Made by a program: the position numbers and the translations under genes. Below, piece by piece: positions 40,652 to 50,876 of a DNA stretch of 64,000 nucleotides. Location of the stretch: positions 133,698 to 197,697 of the forward strand of contig JAHDCD010000001.1 of the NCBI GenBank assembly GCA_020630095.1. The letters are read 5' to 3'. Within the stretch, counting starts at the first letter, position 1; the number at the start of each line of letters is the position of its first letter. A model generated the notes under the pieces. The model searched no databases. It saw only the letters and a list, made by a program, of their open reading frames with translations, and had not been told where the DNA came from. Source of the stretch: Rickettsiales bacterium. GTDB taxonomy: Bacteria; Pseudomonadota; Alphaproteobacteria; Rickettsiales; UBA8987.

Positions 40652-40900
40652 TTAAACCTAAACAAAGAGCAAAATATACGAGTGGTAACAATCTGTAGGA
40701 AAATCCTATTACTGTGTTGCGATGAATACCTGTTAAATTTGCTGTTGTACATGTAACTGCTTATTTCCTATAACTCTTTAAATACTGGTTCTTCACCATC
40801 AAAATTGCCTTCTAATAACCCTGAATGGAATTGGTTATTAGATGATTCCCAATTCTTCATCTCTGTTATAAATTAACCCTAAAACAACTTGTATTAGGTG

Positions 40901-42577
40901 TCAGGTCCTAATTCTATCTTTATTTAAATCAAAATAGACTCTAGTACCTTCACCTTTTGAGGATTTAATTTTTAACTCAGAGCCATGCAATTCAACAAAG
41001 ACCTTACACATAGGTAAGCCTAAACCTGTACCGCCTTTAGCAAGTTCAGAATGTACCTGACCAAAGGTAGATAACGCCTTTGGAATATCGGCTTCATCCA
41101 TACCTATACCGGTATCAGAAACCATTATACGAATCTTTCCATTCTCTCTTCTATAAATATCTAACTTAATTATTCCTTCAGATGGCGTATATTTATCTGC
41201 ATTAGAAATTAAATTAATTAGAACCTGTTTAATCCTACGAGAATCTACTTTAACTTTAGGTAAATCGGGCTCAATTTCATCGATAATTCTAGCTTTATCT
41301 TTAGAGTCATTATTAGTAAAGCTACCTAAAGATTCATGCACAATATCGTTTAAATCAACGATAGATTCTTGAATATCAAGCTTACCAGCCTCCCCCTTGG
41401 AAAATTCCAATATATCTGTAACTAAACTTAATAAATGATGCCCCGAATCATTTATATCAATAATCCGCTCTTCTTGCTTTTCATTGATATCACCAAAGAA
41501 CCTACCTTTAAGCATATCTGAAAAACCTATTATAGCATTTAAAGGAGTCCTAAGTTCGTGACTCATATTAGCTAAAAATTCACTCTTTGACTGACTAGCG
41601 GCAATTGCACCTAGCTCGGCTTTTTTAGCTTCTTCAGTTTTTCTATTTAGAATTAAAGCAAATAAACCAATAATTGCTGCAAATAACGCAAATATAAGGA
41701 AAAATAGAATATCTAACATTCTGTTTTCACGCCACTCGGAATAAATATCACCATCATCAACGAATATTGCAACATCAACACCTATCGATTCAATATTTTG
41801 CAATGCAATCACCCCCTCTTCAATTGCAAACGGGTTTGCGATTGCTTTTGCCAAGCCGCCTTTTTCAAAAAGATGCTTAGTTTGCTTAATTATATTAGGA
41901 TTCTCAATTGTAGATATAAGTGCATTCGTATTCTTACGCATTAAGTGAATTTTTTTACTTTCAAAGCTTGAATCAATAGATTTAAAGAAATCAAATATAT
42001 AGGAAGCATCAACAAATGTTGCAACTACACCATTAAATGAACCGTCCACACCTATAGACTCGCGCGAGAGAACAAAATAAACCTTCCCGCCAGCCTCATA
42101 TAAAAAGATTTCCAATTTATTTTCATAAGACTCAACATGATTTGAAAAGAACGGATATTTTGCTACAGAAGCATTGTATTTCAAGCCAATTTCATCACCA
42201 GTTTTCTCAAAGAAAGACTTAACAAGCCCTTCTTCATTAATAACCATCAATGCCGCTATTTGTGGTATTTCTTCACTCCACATTTTTAGGCTATTTTGAA
42301 CATCTAGATAGATTGTATTGCCAAAAAGCTCATTAACATATTGTTTTTGCTGAACTCTCTTTAGTGTCATATCCGAGGCCAAAAGGATGATCTCAATATG
42401 ATCTGACGTCATATTAGTAATCTGTGAAACCTCACGATTACCCTCAGATGCCGCTTCATTATAACCTGCTGAGGCACGAAAAATAACAAACAATAAATTG
42501 ATTAATAAAATAAAAATCAGCGCTATAATAATAACGCTCGATGTTTGTTTAGAAGTTATTTTAATAAATTTTAGCAC
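40901..42577 (-). CDS. Sensor histidine kinase (periplasmic Cache-like domain, intact catalytic core)
   Basis: Two TM segments flank a ~270-aa sensor domain. H-box SHELRTPLNAI, N-box NLISNADKYT, DTGIGM, GGTGLGL. Confidence 0.85.
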   Translation of the reverse strand: MLKFIKITSKQTSSVIIIALIFILLINLLFVIFRASAGYNEAASEGNREVSQITNMTSDHIEIILLASDMTLKRVQQKQYVNELFGNTIYLDVQNSLKMWSEEIPQIAALMVINEEGLVKSFFEKTGDEIGLKYNASVAKYPFFSNHVESYENKLEIFLYEAGGKVYFVLSRESIGVDGSFNGVVATFVDASYIFDFFKSIDSSFESKKIHLMRKNTNALISTIENPNIIKQTKHLFEKGGLAKAIANPFAIEEGVIALQNIESIGVDVAIFVDDGDIYSEWRENRMLDILFFLIFALFAAIIGLFALILNRKTEEAKKAELGAIAASQSKSEFLANMSHELRTPLNAIIGFSDMLKGRFFGDINEKQEERIIDINDSGHHLLSLVTDILEFSKGEAGKLDIQESIVDLNDIVHESLGSFTNNDSKDKARIIDEIEPDLPKVKVDSRRIKQVLINLISNADKYTPSEGIIKLDIYRRENGKIRIMVSDTGIGMDEADIPKALSTFGQVHSELAKGGTGLGLPMCKVFVELHGSELKIKSSKGEGTRVYFDLNKDRIRT

Positions 42578-42583
42578 TTACTC

Positions 42584-43324
42584 CTAAGCTATCACTCCAG
42601 TAACACAACTCCAGTAGTTTTTTGGTAAGCTTTTTTGAATCTTTAAAGCATCTAGCTGATTATCAAAAATAGCAAAGCACGTAGCACCTGAACCAGACAT
42701 TCCATAACGCTTGTTTTTAGATAGTAAATTCAATAAATTTTCTATCTCAGGTTCAACTTCACATGCAAATTTAGTTAAATGATTCTCACCTTCTAACTCG
42801 CTCAATCTAACTTTTTTAAAAACATCTACAGTAGATACATGAACATTCGGATTAACTAATAAAATATAGCACTTAATAAACTCATCTAACAATTTAATTT
42901 GCTCACCTATTCCACTGAATATTAAAGGCTTTGAATATACACATGCCGGAACATCCGCCCCTAGCTCTAATCCAATTTCACAAAGCTCTTTTTTACTTAA
43001 GTTTAAATTATATTGCTTATTAAACCAATTAAGCGCTACCGCGGCATCCGCCGAACCACCGCCTAATCCTGCACCTACAGGTATATTTTTCTTTAAATTA
43101 TAGGTGGTTTTAGCTTTTATATTAAACTTAGATTTCATCAAGAATATAGCCTTATCAACTATATTATCCTCAATATGACCACCCTGCCCGTTATCTCCAA
43201 CAAAGAATTCTATCTCATCATATAAATCAGAGGCAAATACGCACAAGCTCTCGAGTTCATGATAACCATTTGGTAATTTCCCACGAATATATAGGTTAAG
43301 GTTTATTTTTGCGTGAGCTTTCAC
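42584..43324 (-). CDS. ispE: 4-diphosphocytidyl-2-C-methyl-D-erythritol kinase
   Basis: KINLNLYIRGKLPNGYHELES and GHMP motif PVGAGLGGGSADAA. Confidence 0.85.
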   Translation of the reverse strand: MKAHAKINLNLYIRGKLPNGYHELESLCVFASDLYDEIEFFVGDNGQGGHIEDNIVDKAIFLMKSKFNIKAKTTYNLKKNIPVGAGLGGGSADAAVALNWFNKQYNLNLSKKELCEIGLELGADVPACVYSKPLIFSGIGEQIKLLDEFIKCYILLVNPNVHVSTVDVFKKVRLSELEGENHLTKFACEVEPEIENLLNLLSKNKRYGMSGSGATCFAIFDNQLDALKIQKSLPKNYWSCVTGVIA

Positions 43325-43360
43325 TTTACTTTTTAAACTACAATATTAACTATACTAGCT

Positions 43361-45115
43361 ATGCCAATTTATAATGCACCATTAGATGACTTTAAATTCG
43401 CCCTTAATGAATGGATAGGGATAGAGAAATATTCTCATATCAAAGGATATGAGGACGCATCTATCATGGAACCTTTAATGGAAGAAGGTGCGCGCTACTG
43501 CGAAGAGGTGCTTTTCCCAATCAACCAATCCGGTGACGAAGAAGGTTTAAAATTAGAAAGTGGTAAAGTTACGCTACCTAACGGCTTTGTAGACGCTTAT
43601 AAAACTTATGTTGAATCTGGCTGGCCATCATTTGCCTGCGTTGAAGAATATGGGGGGCAGGGTCTACCCAACCTATACAACACACCATTCATGGAAATGG
43701 TATGCTCATCAAACTTATCATTTGGTTTACTACCTGGTTTATCGCATGGCGCATACTCAGCATTAAATATATTTGGCAATCAAGACCAAAAAGAAAAATA
43801 CCTAACTAAGTTAATTTCCGGCGAATGGACTGGCATAATGTGCTTAACCGAACCCGGCGCAGGAACGGACTTAGGCTTAATGACCACAAAAGCAGAACCT
43901 CAAGATGATGGTACATATAAAATTACCGGTTCAAAAATATTTATATCATTTGGTGAACATGATGCCGCAGAAAATATAGTACACTTAGTACTAGCACGCT
44001 TACCGGATGCCCCAGAAGGTGTGCGCGGTATATCTTTGTTCGTAACAACCCGTAACGAATTTGATGATAATGGTGTAACCGGTGAACGTAGAAAAGAAAT
44101 TGAATGCGGTGCAATTGAACATAAAATGGGCATCCATGCATCACCAACATGTGTAATGAATTACGATGGCGCATTTGCTAGGCTTGTTGGTGAGCCTAAT
44201 AAAGGCTTAAAAGCAATGTTCGTAATGATGAACGAGGCACGCCTACTTGTTGGTTTGCAAGGCTTGGGGATATCTGAAGTAGCATACCAGAATGCATTAG
44301 CCTACGCTGAAGAGCGTTTACAAGGTCGCGCACTAAAAGGCGCAGTGCTTCCAAACAAAAAGGCAGACCCTATAACGGCTCACCCAGATGTACGTAGAAT
44401 GTTACTTACTATGCGCTCGTTAGTTGAAGGGAATCGTATCCTAGCAATGTGGACATATTTAAACATTGATATCGCCCACCATGCAACGGACGAAAAAGAA
44501 AAACAAAAAGCGGATGATTTTGTGCAATTCATAACGCCTGTGGTAAAATCATTCCTAACAGAAATGGGCACTTACGTTGCCAACCTAGCAATTCAAGTGC
44601 ATGGCGGTTATGGCTATATTAAGGAATATGGCGTAGAGCAATATTTGCGCGATTGTAGAATTACCGAAATTTACGAAGGTACAAACGGCGTACAAGCGCT
44701 TGACCTTGTAGGTAGAAAATTACCTGCAAATACAGGAAGGTACTTAAGAGGCTTCACCCATGAGATTGATCAATTTATCTCTGACAATAGAGATGACGAA
44801 AACATGGCTGAGTTTACTAAGCCATTATACCAAGTATTAAAGTCGCTTCAGCAAGCATCTTTATGGATTGCACAAAAAGGTATGGCAAATCCAGATGAGG
44901 CCGCTGGTGCATCGTCTGACTATTTACGTTTAGTAGCCCTTACCGCGCTTGCATATATTTGGGCTAAATCGGCAAAAATATCTTTGGATAAGAAGGATCA
45001 AGATTTCTACGCAACAAAAATCAAAACCGCGAGGTTCTATATGCATAAAATCTTACCTGAACATTTCTCATTATTAGCTAAGCTAACTTCTGGTGTTAAG
45101 TATTTAGAGTTATAA
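43361..45115 (+). CDS. Long-form acyl-CoA dehydrogenase family protein
   Basis: 584 aa. CLTEPGAGTDLG and YEGTNGVQALDLVGRKL, plus a C-terminal extension domain. Confidence 0.85.
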   Translation: MPIYNAPLDDFKFALNEWIGIEKYSHIKGYEDASIMEPLMEEGARYCEEVLFPINQSGDEEGLKLESGKVTLPNGFVDAYKTYVESGWPSFACVEEYGGQGLPNLYNTPFMEMVCSSNLSFGLLPGLSHGAYSALNIFGNQDQKEKYLTKLISGEWTGIMCLTEPGAGTDLGLMTTKAEPQDDGTYKITGSKIFISFGEHDAAENIVHLVLARLPDAPEGVRGISLFVTTRNEFDDNGVTGERRKEIECGAIEHKMGIHASPTCVMNYDGAFARLVGEPNKGLKAMFVMMNEARLLVGLQGLGISEVAYQNALAYAEERLQGRALKGAVLPNKKADPITAHPDVRRMLLTMRSLVEGNRILAMWTYLNIDIAHHATDEKEKQKADDFVQFITPVVKSFLTEMGTYVANLAIQVHGGYGYIKEYGVEQYLRDCRITEIYEGTNGVQALDLVGRKLPANTGRYLRGFTHEIDQFISDNRDDENMAEFTKPLYQVLKSLQQASLWIAQKGMANPDEAAGASSDYLRLVALTALAYIWAKSAKISLDKKDQDFYATKIKTARFYMHKILPEHFSLLAKLTSGVKYLEL

Positions 45116-45119
45116 ATTG

Positions 45120-45151
45120 TTAACGCTTTGTTAACTAACTTTTGCTAATAT
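45120..45151 (+). promoter_or_regulatory. CtrA-type box plus -10, predicted leaderless promoter of ORF 45158..45433
   Basis: TTAAcgctttgTTAAC (45120-45135); TAATAT (45146-45151) lies 11 nt after the proximal TTAA; then 6 nt to ATG 45158. Confidence 0.55.
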
Positions 45152-45157
45152 GCATCG

Positions 45158-45433
45158 ATGAGTACAAAAGACATATTAGTTTCTGTGGTTGCTGTTATTC
45201 CGCCATTAATTGTAGCTTTAGAGCTGAGTAATGCCCTTGATAAGGATGGAAAATCAAATGCACCTCATATCCCAGAGGCCAAAGTTCAAACGGCAAGTGA
45301 AAAAGAAATTGCCGTCATGAAAGAGAGGGAGAGGTCTTTTGAAGAAGCTGTTGAAAAGCAAAGAGAAAAATGGCAAGATAGAGAGTCTAAAAGTAGCAAT
45401 TCAGCAGGCGCTCCATCGGGTTTTGGCAGATAA
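45158..45433 (+). CDS. ORFan membrane-anchored protein (91 aa)
   Basis: N-terminal TM ILVSVVAVIPPLIVAL followed by a charged tail. Has the box promoter. Confidence 0.55.
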   Translation: MSTKDILVSVVAVIPPLIVALELSNALDKDGKSNAPHIPEAKVQTASEKEIAVMKERERSFEEAVEKQREKWQDRESKSSNSAGAPSGFGR

Positions 45434-45471
45434 TTTGTAATATTTTTTTATAATCATAAGAATAATAGTTT

Positions 45472-46047
45472 ATGAGAAATTTAATTCTTACACTAATTTT
45501 ATTATTAACCCCTTTGAAATCTGAAGCAGTAAATATTAAGAAAGCCTATTTTGCCGCGGGCTGTTTCTGGTGTATCCAACCTGTATACGATAGCCTAGAT
45601 GGCGTAATTGAAACATCTGTTGGTTATGCAGGCATTACCGGTAACGAAACAGTAGAGGCAAATTATAAAAATATAACAACAGGCACTTCAGGCTACCTAG
45701 AAGCTATTGAGGTAACCTACAATCCAAGCGAAGTTTCATACTCAACTTTATTAGAAAATCTTTGGCTTAATATAGACCCTTACGATAAATATGGGCAATT
45801 CGCCGATAAAGGAGAGCAGTATCAAAGTGCTATAATTTATAATACCGAGCAAGAAAAGGTAGAAGCCTTAGAATCTGCTAAGAAGTTAGAAATTGCTGAT
45901 TACGAAACTAGGATTTTAGAATTTAAGAGCTTCTTTGATGCCGAAGAATATCATCAAGACTATTATAAAAAGAATCCAATGCGCTACAATATGTACAAGT
46001 ATGGTTCCGGCCGCCTACAACGCTTAAAACAATTATGGAATAAATAA
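45472..46047 (+). CDS. msrA: Peptide-methionine (S)-S-oxide reductase MsrA (exported form)
   Basis: Signal peptide, GCFWC active site, EYHQDYY. Confidence 0.9.
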   Translation: MRNLILTLILLLTPLKSEAVNIKKAYFAAGCFWCIQPVYDSLDGVIETSVGYAGITGNETVEANYKNITTGTSGYLEAIEVTYNPSEVSYSTLLENLWLNIDPYDKYGQFADKGEQYQSAIIYNTEQEKVEALESAKKLEIADYETRILEFKSFFDAEEYHQDYYKKNPMRYNMYKYGSGRLQRLKQLWNK

Positions 46048-46566
46048 TTACTCAGCCTCTTTAAACTCTAAAGCAACGCCGTTGGTACAAAAACGTTTAC
46101 CCGTTGAATGCTTAGGGCCATCGTCAAATACATGACCTAAATGCGCGCCACATGTGGCACAATGAAATTCAACCCTTTCATAACCTAATTTAAAATCTAC
46201 TGAAGTATTAACTGAACCTTCTATAGCATCATCAAAAGATGGCCAACCAGTGCCGGAGTCAAACTTAGTTCCAGACTCAAACAAATGCTCACCACACGCG
46301 GCACAATTATAATGCCCCGTTCTTTTCTCCTCATTTAATGGTGAAGTGAATGCACGCTCAGTTCCCTGTTCAAACATAACTTCATAAGCCTGAGGTGATA
46401 GTTTATCTTTATACTTTTCAGATCCTGTCATTTTTATAAACCTATTTCCCGCTTCAGTTTCTACATAGCCAGTTTTTATAACCTTAATTTTCTCTTCCTT
46501 TTGAAAAAAGAAAAAGTACGAAAACCCGCTTGCAATAAGCACTATTATAATAAATATTAATTTCAT
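46048..46566 (-). CDS. msrB: Peptide-methionine (R)-S-oxide reductase MsrB (membrane-anchored)
   Basis: N-terminal TM. Zinc CxxC pairs (CAACGEHLF, CATCGAHLGHVFDDGP). RFCTNG active-site Cys context. Confidence 0.9.
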   Translation of the reverse strand: MKLIFIIIVLIASGFSYFFFFQKEEKIKVIKTGYVETEAGNRFIKMTGSEKYKDKLSPQAYEVMFEQGTERAFTSPLNEEKRTGHYNCAACGEHLFESGTKFDSGTGWPSFDDAIEGSVNTSVDFKLGYERVEFHCATCGAHLGHVFDDGPKHSTGKRFCTNGVALEFKEAE

Positions 46567-46581
46567 TAATTTTTAACTATC

Positions 46582-47427
46582 ATGATAATAGACGGTAAGG
46601 CAATATCTAATAAGCTAATTAGCAATCTTGAGAAGGAAGTTGCAACTCTACCTTCAAAACCCGGCTTAGCTGTTGTTCTTGTAGGCGAAGACCCTGCAAG
46701 TAAGGTTTACGTATCTAATAAAATTAAGAAAACCGAAAAAATTGGTATGAATAGCTTTGGCCACTTTATGCCAGAATCTACCACAGAAGAAGATTTACTA
46801 GCTAAAGTAGATGAGCTAAATAAAGACGATTCTGTACACGGCATTTTAGTGCAATTACCACTACCTAAGCACATCAAAGAAGAAGCTATTATAGACAGAG
46901 TATCTCCGGAAAAAGATGTTGATGGCTTCCACGTTGTAAATTCTGGTAAACTATTCTGCGGACTAACAAATACCGCACTTGTACCATGTACGCCATCTGG
47001 CTGTGTAATACTTGCCAAAGAAGCCTTAGGCGATAATTTATCTGGTAACCATGTTGTGGTTATTGGTCGCTCAAATATTGTTGGTAAGCCAGCTGCACAA
47101 CTATTCCTTCAAGAAAATTGCACTGTAACGATTGCTCATTCAAGAACACGCAACTTAGAAGAAATCTGTAAACAAGCAGATATTCTAGTACCTGCAATCG
47201 GTAGAGCAAACTTTATCGGCATAGAACATGTAAAACAAGGCGCCACAATTATTGATGTAGGCATTAACCGCAACGAAGAAGGCAAACTATGCGGGGACGT
47301 TAACTTTGAAGAAGTAAAAGATATCGCAAGTCATATATCCCCCGTACCAGGTGGAGTTGGCCCAATGACTATCGCTTGTTTATTGAAAAATACAGTTAGA
47401 GCTTATAGAAATATTAATAATGTCTGA
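46582..47427 (+). CDS. folD: Bifunctional methylenetetrahydrofolate dehydrogenase/cyclohydrolase
   Basis: VLVGEDPASKVYV, GILVQLPLP, VVIGRSNIVGKP, PVPGGVGPMT. Confidence 0.95.
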   Translation: MIIDGKAISNKLISNLEKEVATLPSKPGLAVVLVGEDPASKVYVSNKIKKTEKIGMNSFGHFMPESTTEEDLLAKVDELNKDDSVHGILVQLPLPKHIKEEAIIDRVSPEKDVDGFHVVNSGKLFCGLTNTALVPCTPSGCVILAKEALGDNLSGNHVVVIGRSNIVGKPAAQLFLQENCTVTIAHSRTRNLEEICKQADILVPAIGRANFIGIEHVKQGATIIDVGINRNEEGKLCGDVNFEEVKDIASHISPVPGGVGPMTIACLLKNTVRAYRNINNV

Positions 47428-48034
47428 CGAAAAGAAAAAATACTCTACCTCAGATGTACTAGAAAATCTTGTAATTGAAACTAAGCAGCAAGATAAAGTT
47501 TCAATTGGCGAGCTTAAAATGCTCTTAAAGGATAGAGGGTTCGATATCTTAATGATAATCGCTGCACTACCAATGTGCATACCTATTCCTGTACCTCCAG
47601 GTTACACAACATTCTTTTCAATCCCTTTATTTATATTCGCATGGCAAATGTTAATGGGATCACGCAGTGTATGGTTACCCAAATGGATAAATAAAAAAGA
47701 AATTAAACGTACTACAGCCGGTTTGCTGGTAGAAAAAGCCAGCCCTAGCCTTCGCTTTATTGAGCGCTTCTCAAGGCCTCGGGCGTTATGGATGCTTAGT
47801 AAACAAACAAGGCGAATACTGGGATTCATAGTAATGGTACTAACAGTATCTATTGCCCTACCCTTACCACTAACAAACCTGCTTCCGGCATGGGGCATAG
47901 TAATTATGTGCATAGGCTCTTTAAACCGCGATGGCTTACTAAGCTTAATCGGGGTACTTATTGGAATTGCAGGCGTGGCCGTTACCCTTTTGGTCCTTTA
48001 TGGTGGCGTTGAGTTAATAAATTCAATTTTTTAA
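47420..48034 (+). CDS. exoD: ExoD-family exopolysaccharide synthesis membrane protein
   Basis: SIGELKMLLKDRGFDILMIIAALPMCIPIPVPPGYTT and the multi-TM ExoD pattern. Confidence 0.75.
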   Translation: MSDEKKKYSTSDVLENLVIETKQQDKVSIGELKMLLKDRGFDILMIIAALPMCIPIPVPPGYTTFFSIPLFIFAWQMLMGSRSVWLPKWINKKEIKRTTAGLLVEKASPSLRFIERFSRPRALWMLSKQTRRILGFIVMVLTVSIALPLPLTNLLPAWGIVIMCIGSLNRDGLLSLIGVLIGIAGVAVTLLVLYGGVELINSIF

Positions 48035-48062
48035 CGTTTTTTTAACAATTTTATAAGATAAT
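48031..48062 (+). promoter_or_regulatory. CtrA-type box plus -10, predicted leaderless promoter of ORF 48069..49355
   Basis: TTAAcgtttttTTAAC (48031-48046; the first TTAA contains the exoD stop codon); GATAAT (48057-48062) lies 11 nt after the proximal TTAA; then 6 nt to ATG 48069. Confidence 0.55.
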
Positions 48063-48068
48063 AAGCCT

Positions 48069-49355
48069 ATGTCTAACTACACAGATATAAGCAAGCTAAA
48101 GTTAATTCCTTTAAGAGGTGCCTTTCCAGAAAATGTACTAAAACTTACTTGGAATGAAATTCTTCAAACCTTTAATCCAACTCTATCTACTGAAAATTTT
48201 CAAGCCAGAGCTAAGGATAATAATGACATGGTTGACCTAGAAGCCTTAGTTATAGATATTAATGGTCGTGAAATAAACATATTTAAGAGAGCAAAGAGTG
48301 ATCCTCAAATTCAAGGTATTAACGAAAATCAAGTAATTATTTACATTACAGAATCTGATAGAGATCATATTTTAGAGAACACACACTCTGTAGAAAACTT
48401 TACTAGAATAGACTTTTCGGGGAAAAGAGGAAAGGTAACTGAGGGTATGCATTCACTTAAAAATGCCATTAGAGAGCAAATTCCTGAACAAAGAAATGAA
48501 TCCCCAATCTATACATTTAAAGAGGAAGGGCAAGCAACGAAAAAACTAAGAAAATTTAAATTTAAATTTGAAGGAAAAATTTACAACTATTACAATACAC
48601 AGGCTCAAGATAAAGAAACTTTATTTGCTAATGCTCACTTTGAAGCTGAACAGGCTAACGAAATAGAAGGAAAAATAGCCGAAATAGATTCACCTAAAGA
48701 AAGCAATGGTAAGAAAAGCGAGGCTTCACATAACGATGAAAAAATTATTCCGGCTTCAAAAATAATAAAACAACCCCAAAAAGTACGTTTTCACTTCTTA
48801 AATATCCTTGCGAATAGTGCAATTAAAAGAGATAGCGAGGGCGTGAAAAATCCAGATTATGGCTCAGGAAAATATTCTCAATGTTATTTTATTACCAATG
48901 AAGGAGCACAAATAGCCTTTACCGCTAAATTAAATCAAACAAAAAGGGCTTTAATATACATAAAAGAAAGTCAACAAAGCGATTTCCTTTCTCTCTATGA
49001 AGCTTATGAAGAGGCCTTCACAAAAGAGGGAGATGGCATAAGGAAAGAAAATGCAAATAGACGTAAGTATAATCTTAACCCTGAAAACGCCGATGAAAAA
49101 ACACTTATCACGGATGAAGAAAAAATAGCACGATGTAAAAGGGCTGGAATGAATGGCTTACTAGGAGAAATAGATAAAGAGGCAACTTCAGCATATAAAA
49201 AAACCAATGATATCCGCGACATACCGAGCAACAGTAAACCTAAGTTGCAAAAAGAGGGTGTTCAAATAGTCGCCAAAGCACCGGCAAAACCCTCTCAACA
49301 GCCAACAAGAGTTGTTGAAGCTCCAAAAACTGAAAATCAACTACAACAAGGCTAA
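48069..49355 (+). CDS. Lys/Glu-rich ORFan protein (428 aa)
   Basis: Long ORF with the box promoter. No signal peptide or recognisable motif. Confidence 0.65.
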   Translation: MSNYTDISKLKLIPLRGAFPENVLKLTWNEILQTFNPTLSTENFQARAKDNNDMVDLEALVIDINGREINIFKRAKSDPQIQGINENQVIIYITESDRDHILENTHSVENFTRIDFSGKRGKVTEGMHSLKNAIREQIPEQRNESPIYTFKEEGQATKKLRKFKFKFEGKIYNYYNTQAQDKETLFANAHFEAEQANEIEGKIAEIDSPKESNGKKSEASHNDEKIIPASKIIKQPQKVRFHFLNILANSAIKRDSEGVKNPDYGSGKYSQCYFITNEGAQIAFTAKLNQTKRALIYIKESQQSDFLSLYEAYEEAFTKEGDGIRKENANRRKYNLNPENADEKTLITDEEKIARCKRAGMNGLLGEIDKEATSAYKKTNDIRDIPSNSKPKLQKEGVQIVAKAPAKPSQQPTRVVEAPKTENQLQQG

Positions 49356-49385
49356 TATCTTAGAGTTTTCGAATTATTTTTTAAA

Positions 49386-49401
49386 TTAACTTAAAGTTAA
49401 C
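49386..49401. promoter_or_regulatory. Orphan CtrA-type box
   Basis: TTAActtaaagTTAAC. No good -10 at the N11 position in either direction. Followed by hairpin tgtac-aaa-gtaca (49422-49434). Confidence 0.3.
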
Positions 49402-49530
49402 TAATTACAACCTAAGCGTGCTTGTACAAAGTACAGTTTTAAGTTATATACTTAAAGCTTTTTAATTTTTTATAAAACCAAAAAAGTAACCAAGTTTTTT
49501 TATTATTTTAACCACTTAGGGGTATCGGTT

Positions 49531-49731
49531 ATGAAAAGGGTAATTATGTTAACGGCACTAGCGTGCCTTGTTCAGTCTTGCACAGATGCGGATTCGTATC
49601 AGCAATCACTTAATCCAAATTATACAATTGTGGAATCTTATCCACAGAACGTATATTATGTTTCTGAAGAGGAGCGTTTATTCAATTCTCAAGCAGATGA
49701 AATGCAATTAAGTTACTATAATTGGTATTAA
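49531..49731 (+). CDS. Small lipoprotein (66 aa)
   Basis: Lipobox LVQS/C after the signal peptide MKRVIMLTALAC. GGGG Shine-Dalgarno. Confidence 0.55.
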   Translation: MKRVIMLTALACLVQSCTDADSYQQSLNPNYTIVESYPQNVYYVSEEERLFNSQADEMQLSYYNWY

Positions 49732-49789
49732 TACACTAATTATAAAAAAACTTCTTGCGAAGTACCGCTTGGATATACTATAAAACTGA

Positions 49790-49822
49790 AATCCGTTTTG
49801 TATGACGGATTATTATATTTTT
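49790..49822 (+). terminator. Possible terminator hairpin
   Basis: atccgt-tttgtatg-acggat followed by tattatattttt. Confidence 0.35.
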
Positions 49823-50033
49823 AATGCGGGTAGTTGGCTGCCCCGCCGCGAGTAGCGGCAATTAAATAATCACTCAGCCATTTATACAATGAGTGTTATT
49901 TTATTTTTTAAATTATCTCTACGGAATAATTTATTAACGCGGGTAGTTGGCTGAGTGCCCCGCGCCGTACAGGCGCAATCGAATAGTTCGAGCACTCAGA
50001 CAACTTTTTGTTGTTTTATATTATCTTAAATGC
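49823..50033 (+). repeat. Two pseudo-copies of the tRNA-Ser 5' end with embedded GC hairpins
   Basis: aatgcgggtagttggctg at 49823 and aacgcgggtagttggctgagtg at 49936 copy the tRNA 5' flank plus positions 1-12 and 1-16. Each continues with cccc-hairpin-aa (gccgc gagta gcggc / gcgcc gtaca ggcgc). Confidence 0.8.
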
Positions 50034-50123
50034 GGGTAGTTGGCTGAGTGGTCGAAAGCACTAGTCTTGAAAACTAGCGAGGGGGCAACTCCTCCGGGGG
50101 TTCGAATCCCTCACTGCCCGCCA
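50034..50123 (+). tRNA. tRNA-Ser (anticodon TGA)
   Basis: GGGTAGT acceptor stem, D arm GCT/AGC, anticodon arm CTAGT-CTTGAAA-ACTAG, long variable arm GAGG...CCTC, T arm GGGGG-TTCGAAT-CCCTC, ACTGCCC-G-CCA. 90 nt. Confidence 0.9.
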
Positions 50124-50297
50124 TTTTCTCTTCCACTAACATCCTATAAAGTCCATTAAATCCTTGTATATCAACGGCTACATCATTTTCTCTGTCCATA
50201 GAGGTTTACTATTGTCCAGTGACATCTAGTATAAATGAGGGGTAAAATGGAGGGGTAAAATTACCCACTATATTTTTTACCCTTCATTTATTAGAAA

Positions 50298-50876
50298 ATG
50301 AAGCTAACGGACATTAAAATAAAATCTATTAAACCACCTATAGATAAAGCAAAGGAATCTTATGTAGATGGAGACGGCTTGCGTTTGATTGTAACTAACA
50401 AAGGCGGTAAATACTGGGAGTTTCGATATACCTACAACAACAAGCCAGACTCGCTTAATCTTGGTAAATATCCACATATTAGCCTTGCAGATGCACGAGA
50501 GAAGCGAAATGAGTTTAAAAAGCAGCTTGCTCACGGTGTAGACATTAAAGCCAATATTAGACAAGAGAAGCAATCTAAAGCTCTATCTGATGCTATTACC
50601 TTTGAAGTTATCGCTAGAGAGTGGCACGAGAAGAAACGCGAAGAATGGACAGAAAGGCACTCTAAATACGTTCTAAGACGCTTAGAAGCCGATTTATTCC
50701 CTGCTATTGGTTCAATGCCCATTAATACAATTACTACCGTAGACTTCTTAAACGCTCTTAGGGTAGTAGAAAAGCGAGGTGCATACGATATTACAAAGCG
50801 TATGCGTCAGACAGGTGGGCAGATATTCCGCTACGCTGTTGCAACTGGTAGAGCCGAGCGAGATAGCCAACTGTAA
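50298..50876 (+). pseudogene. Truncated P4/CP4-57-type tyrosine integrase (N-terminal arm-binding and core-binding part only)
   Basis: LTDIKIKSIKPP...DGDGLRLIVTNKGGKYWEFRY (DUF4102-like) and the SAM-like region up to ATGRAERD, then SQL-stop. The catalytic domain is absent. Lies 175 nt downstream of tRNA-Ser. Confidence 0.8.

Noticed and set aside
40768-40860. 30-codon minus-strand ORF (MKNWESSNNQFHSGLLEGNFDGEEPVFKEL) in the 300-bp gap before the histidine kinase
   Set aside because: It has no Shine-Dalgarno, no box or convincing promoter, and no recognisable motif, and it is too short to support.
49418-49465. 15-codon ORF (GTG...MLVQSTVLSYILKAF) after the orphan box at 49386
   Set aside because: The box lacks the N11 -10 partner, and the ORF is tiny and unsupported. 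It was kept only as a motif instance.
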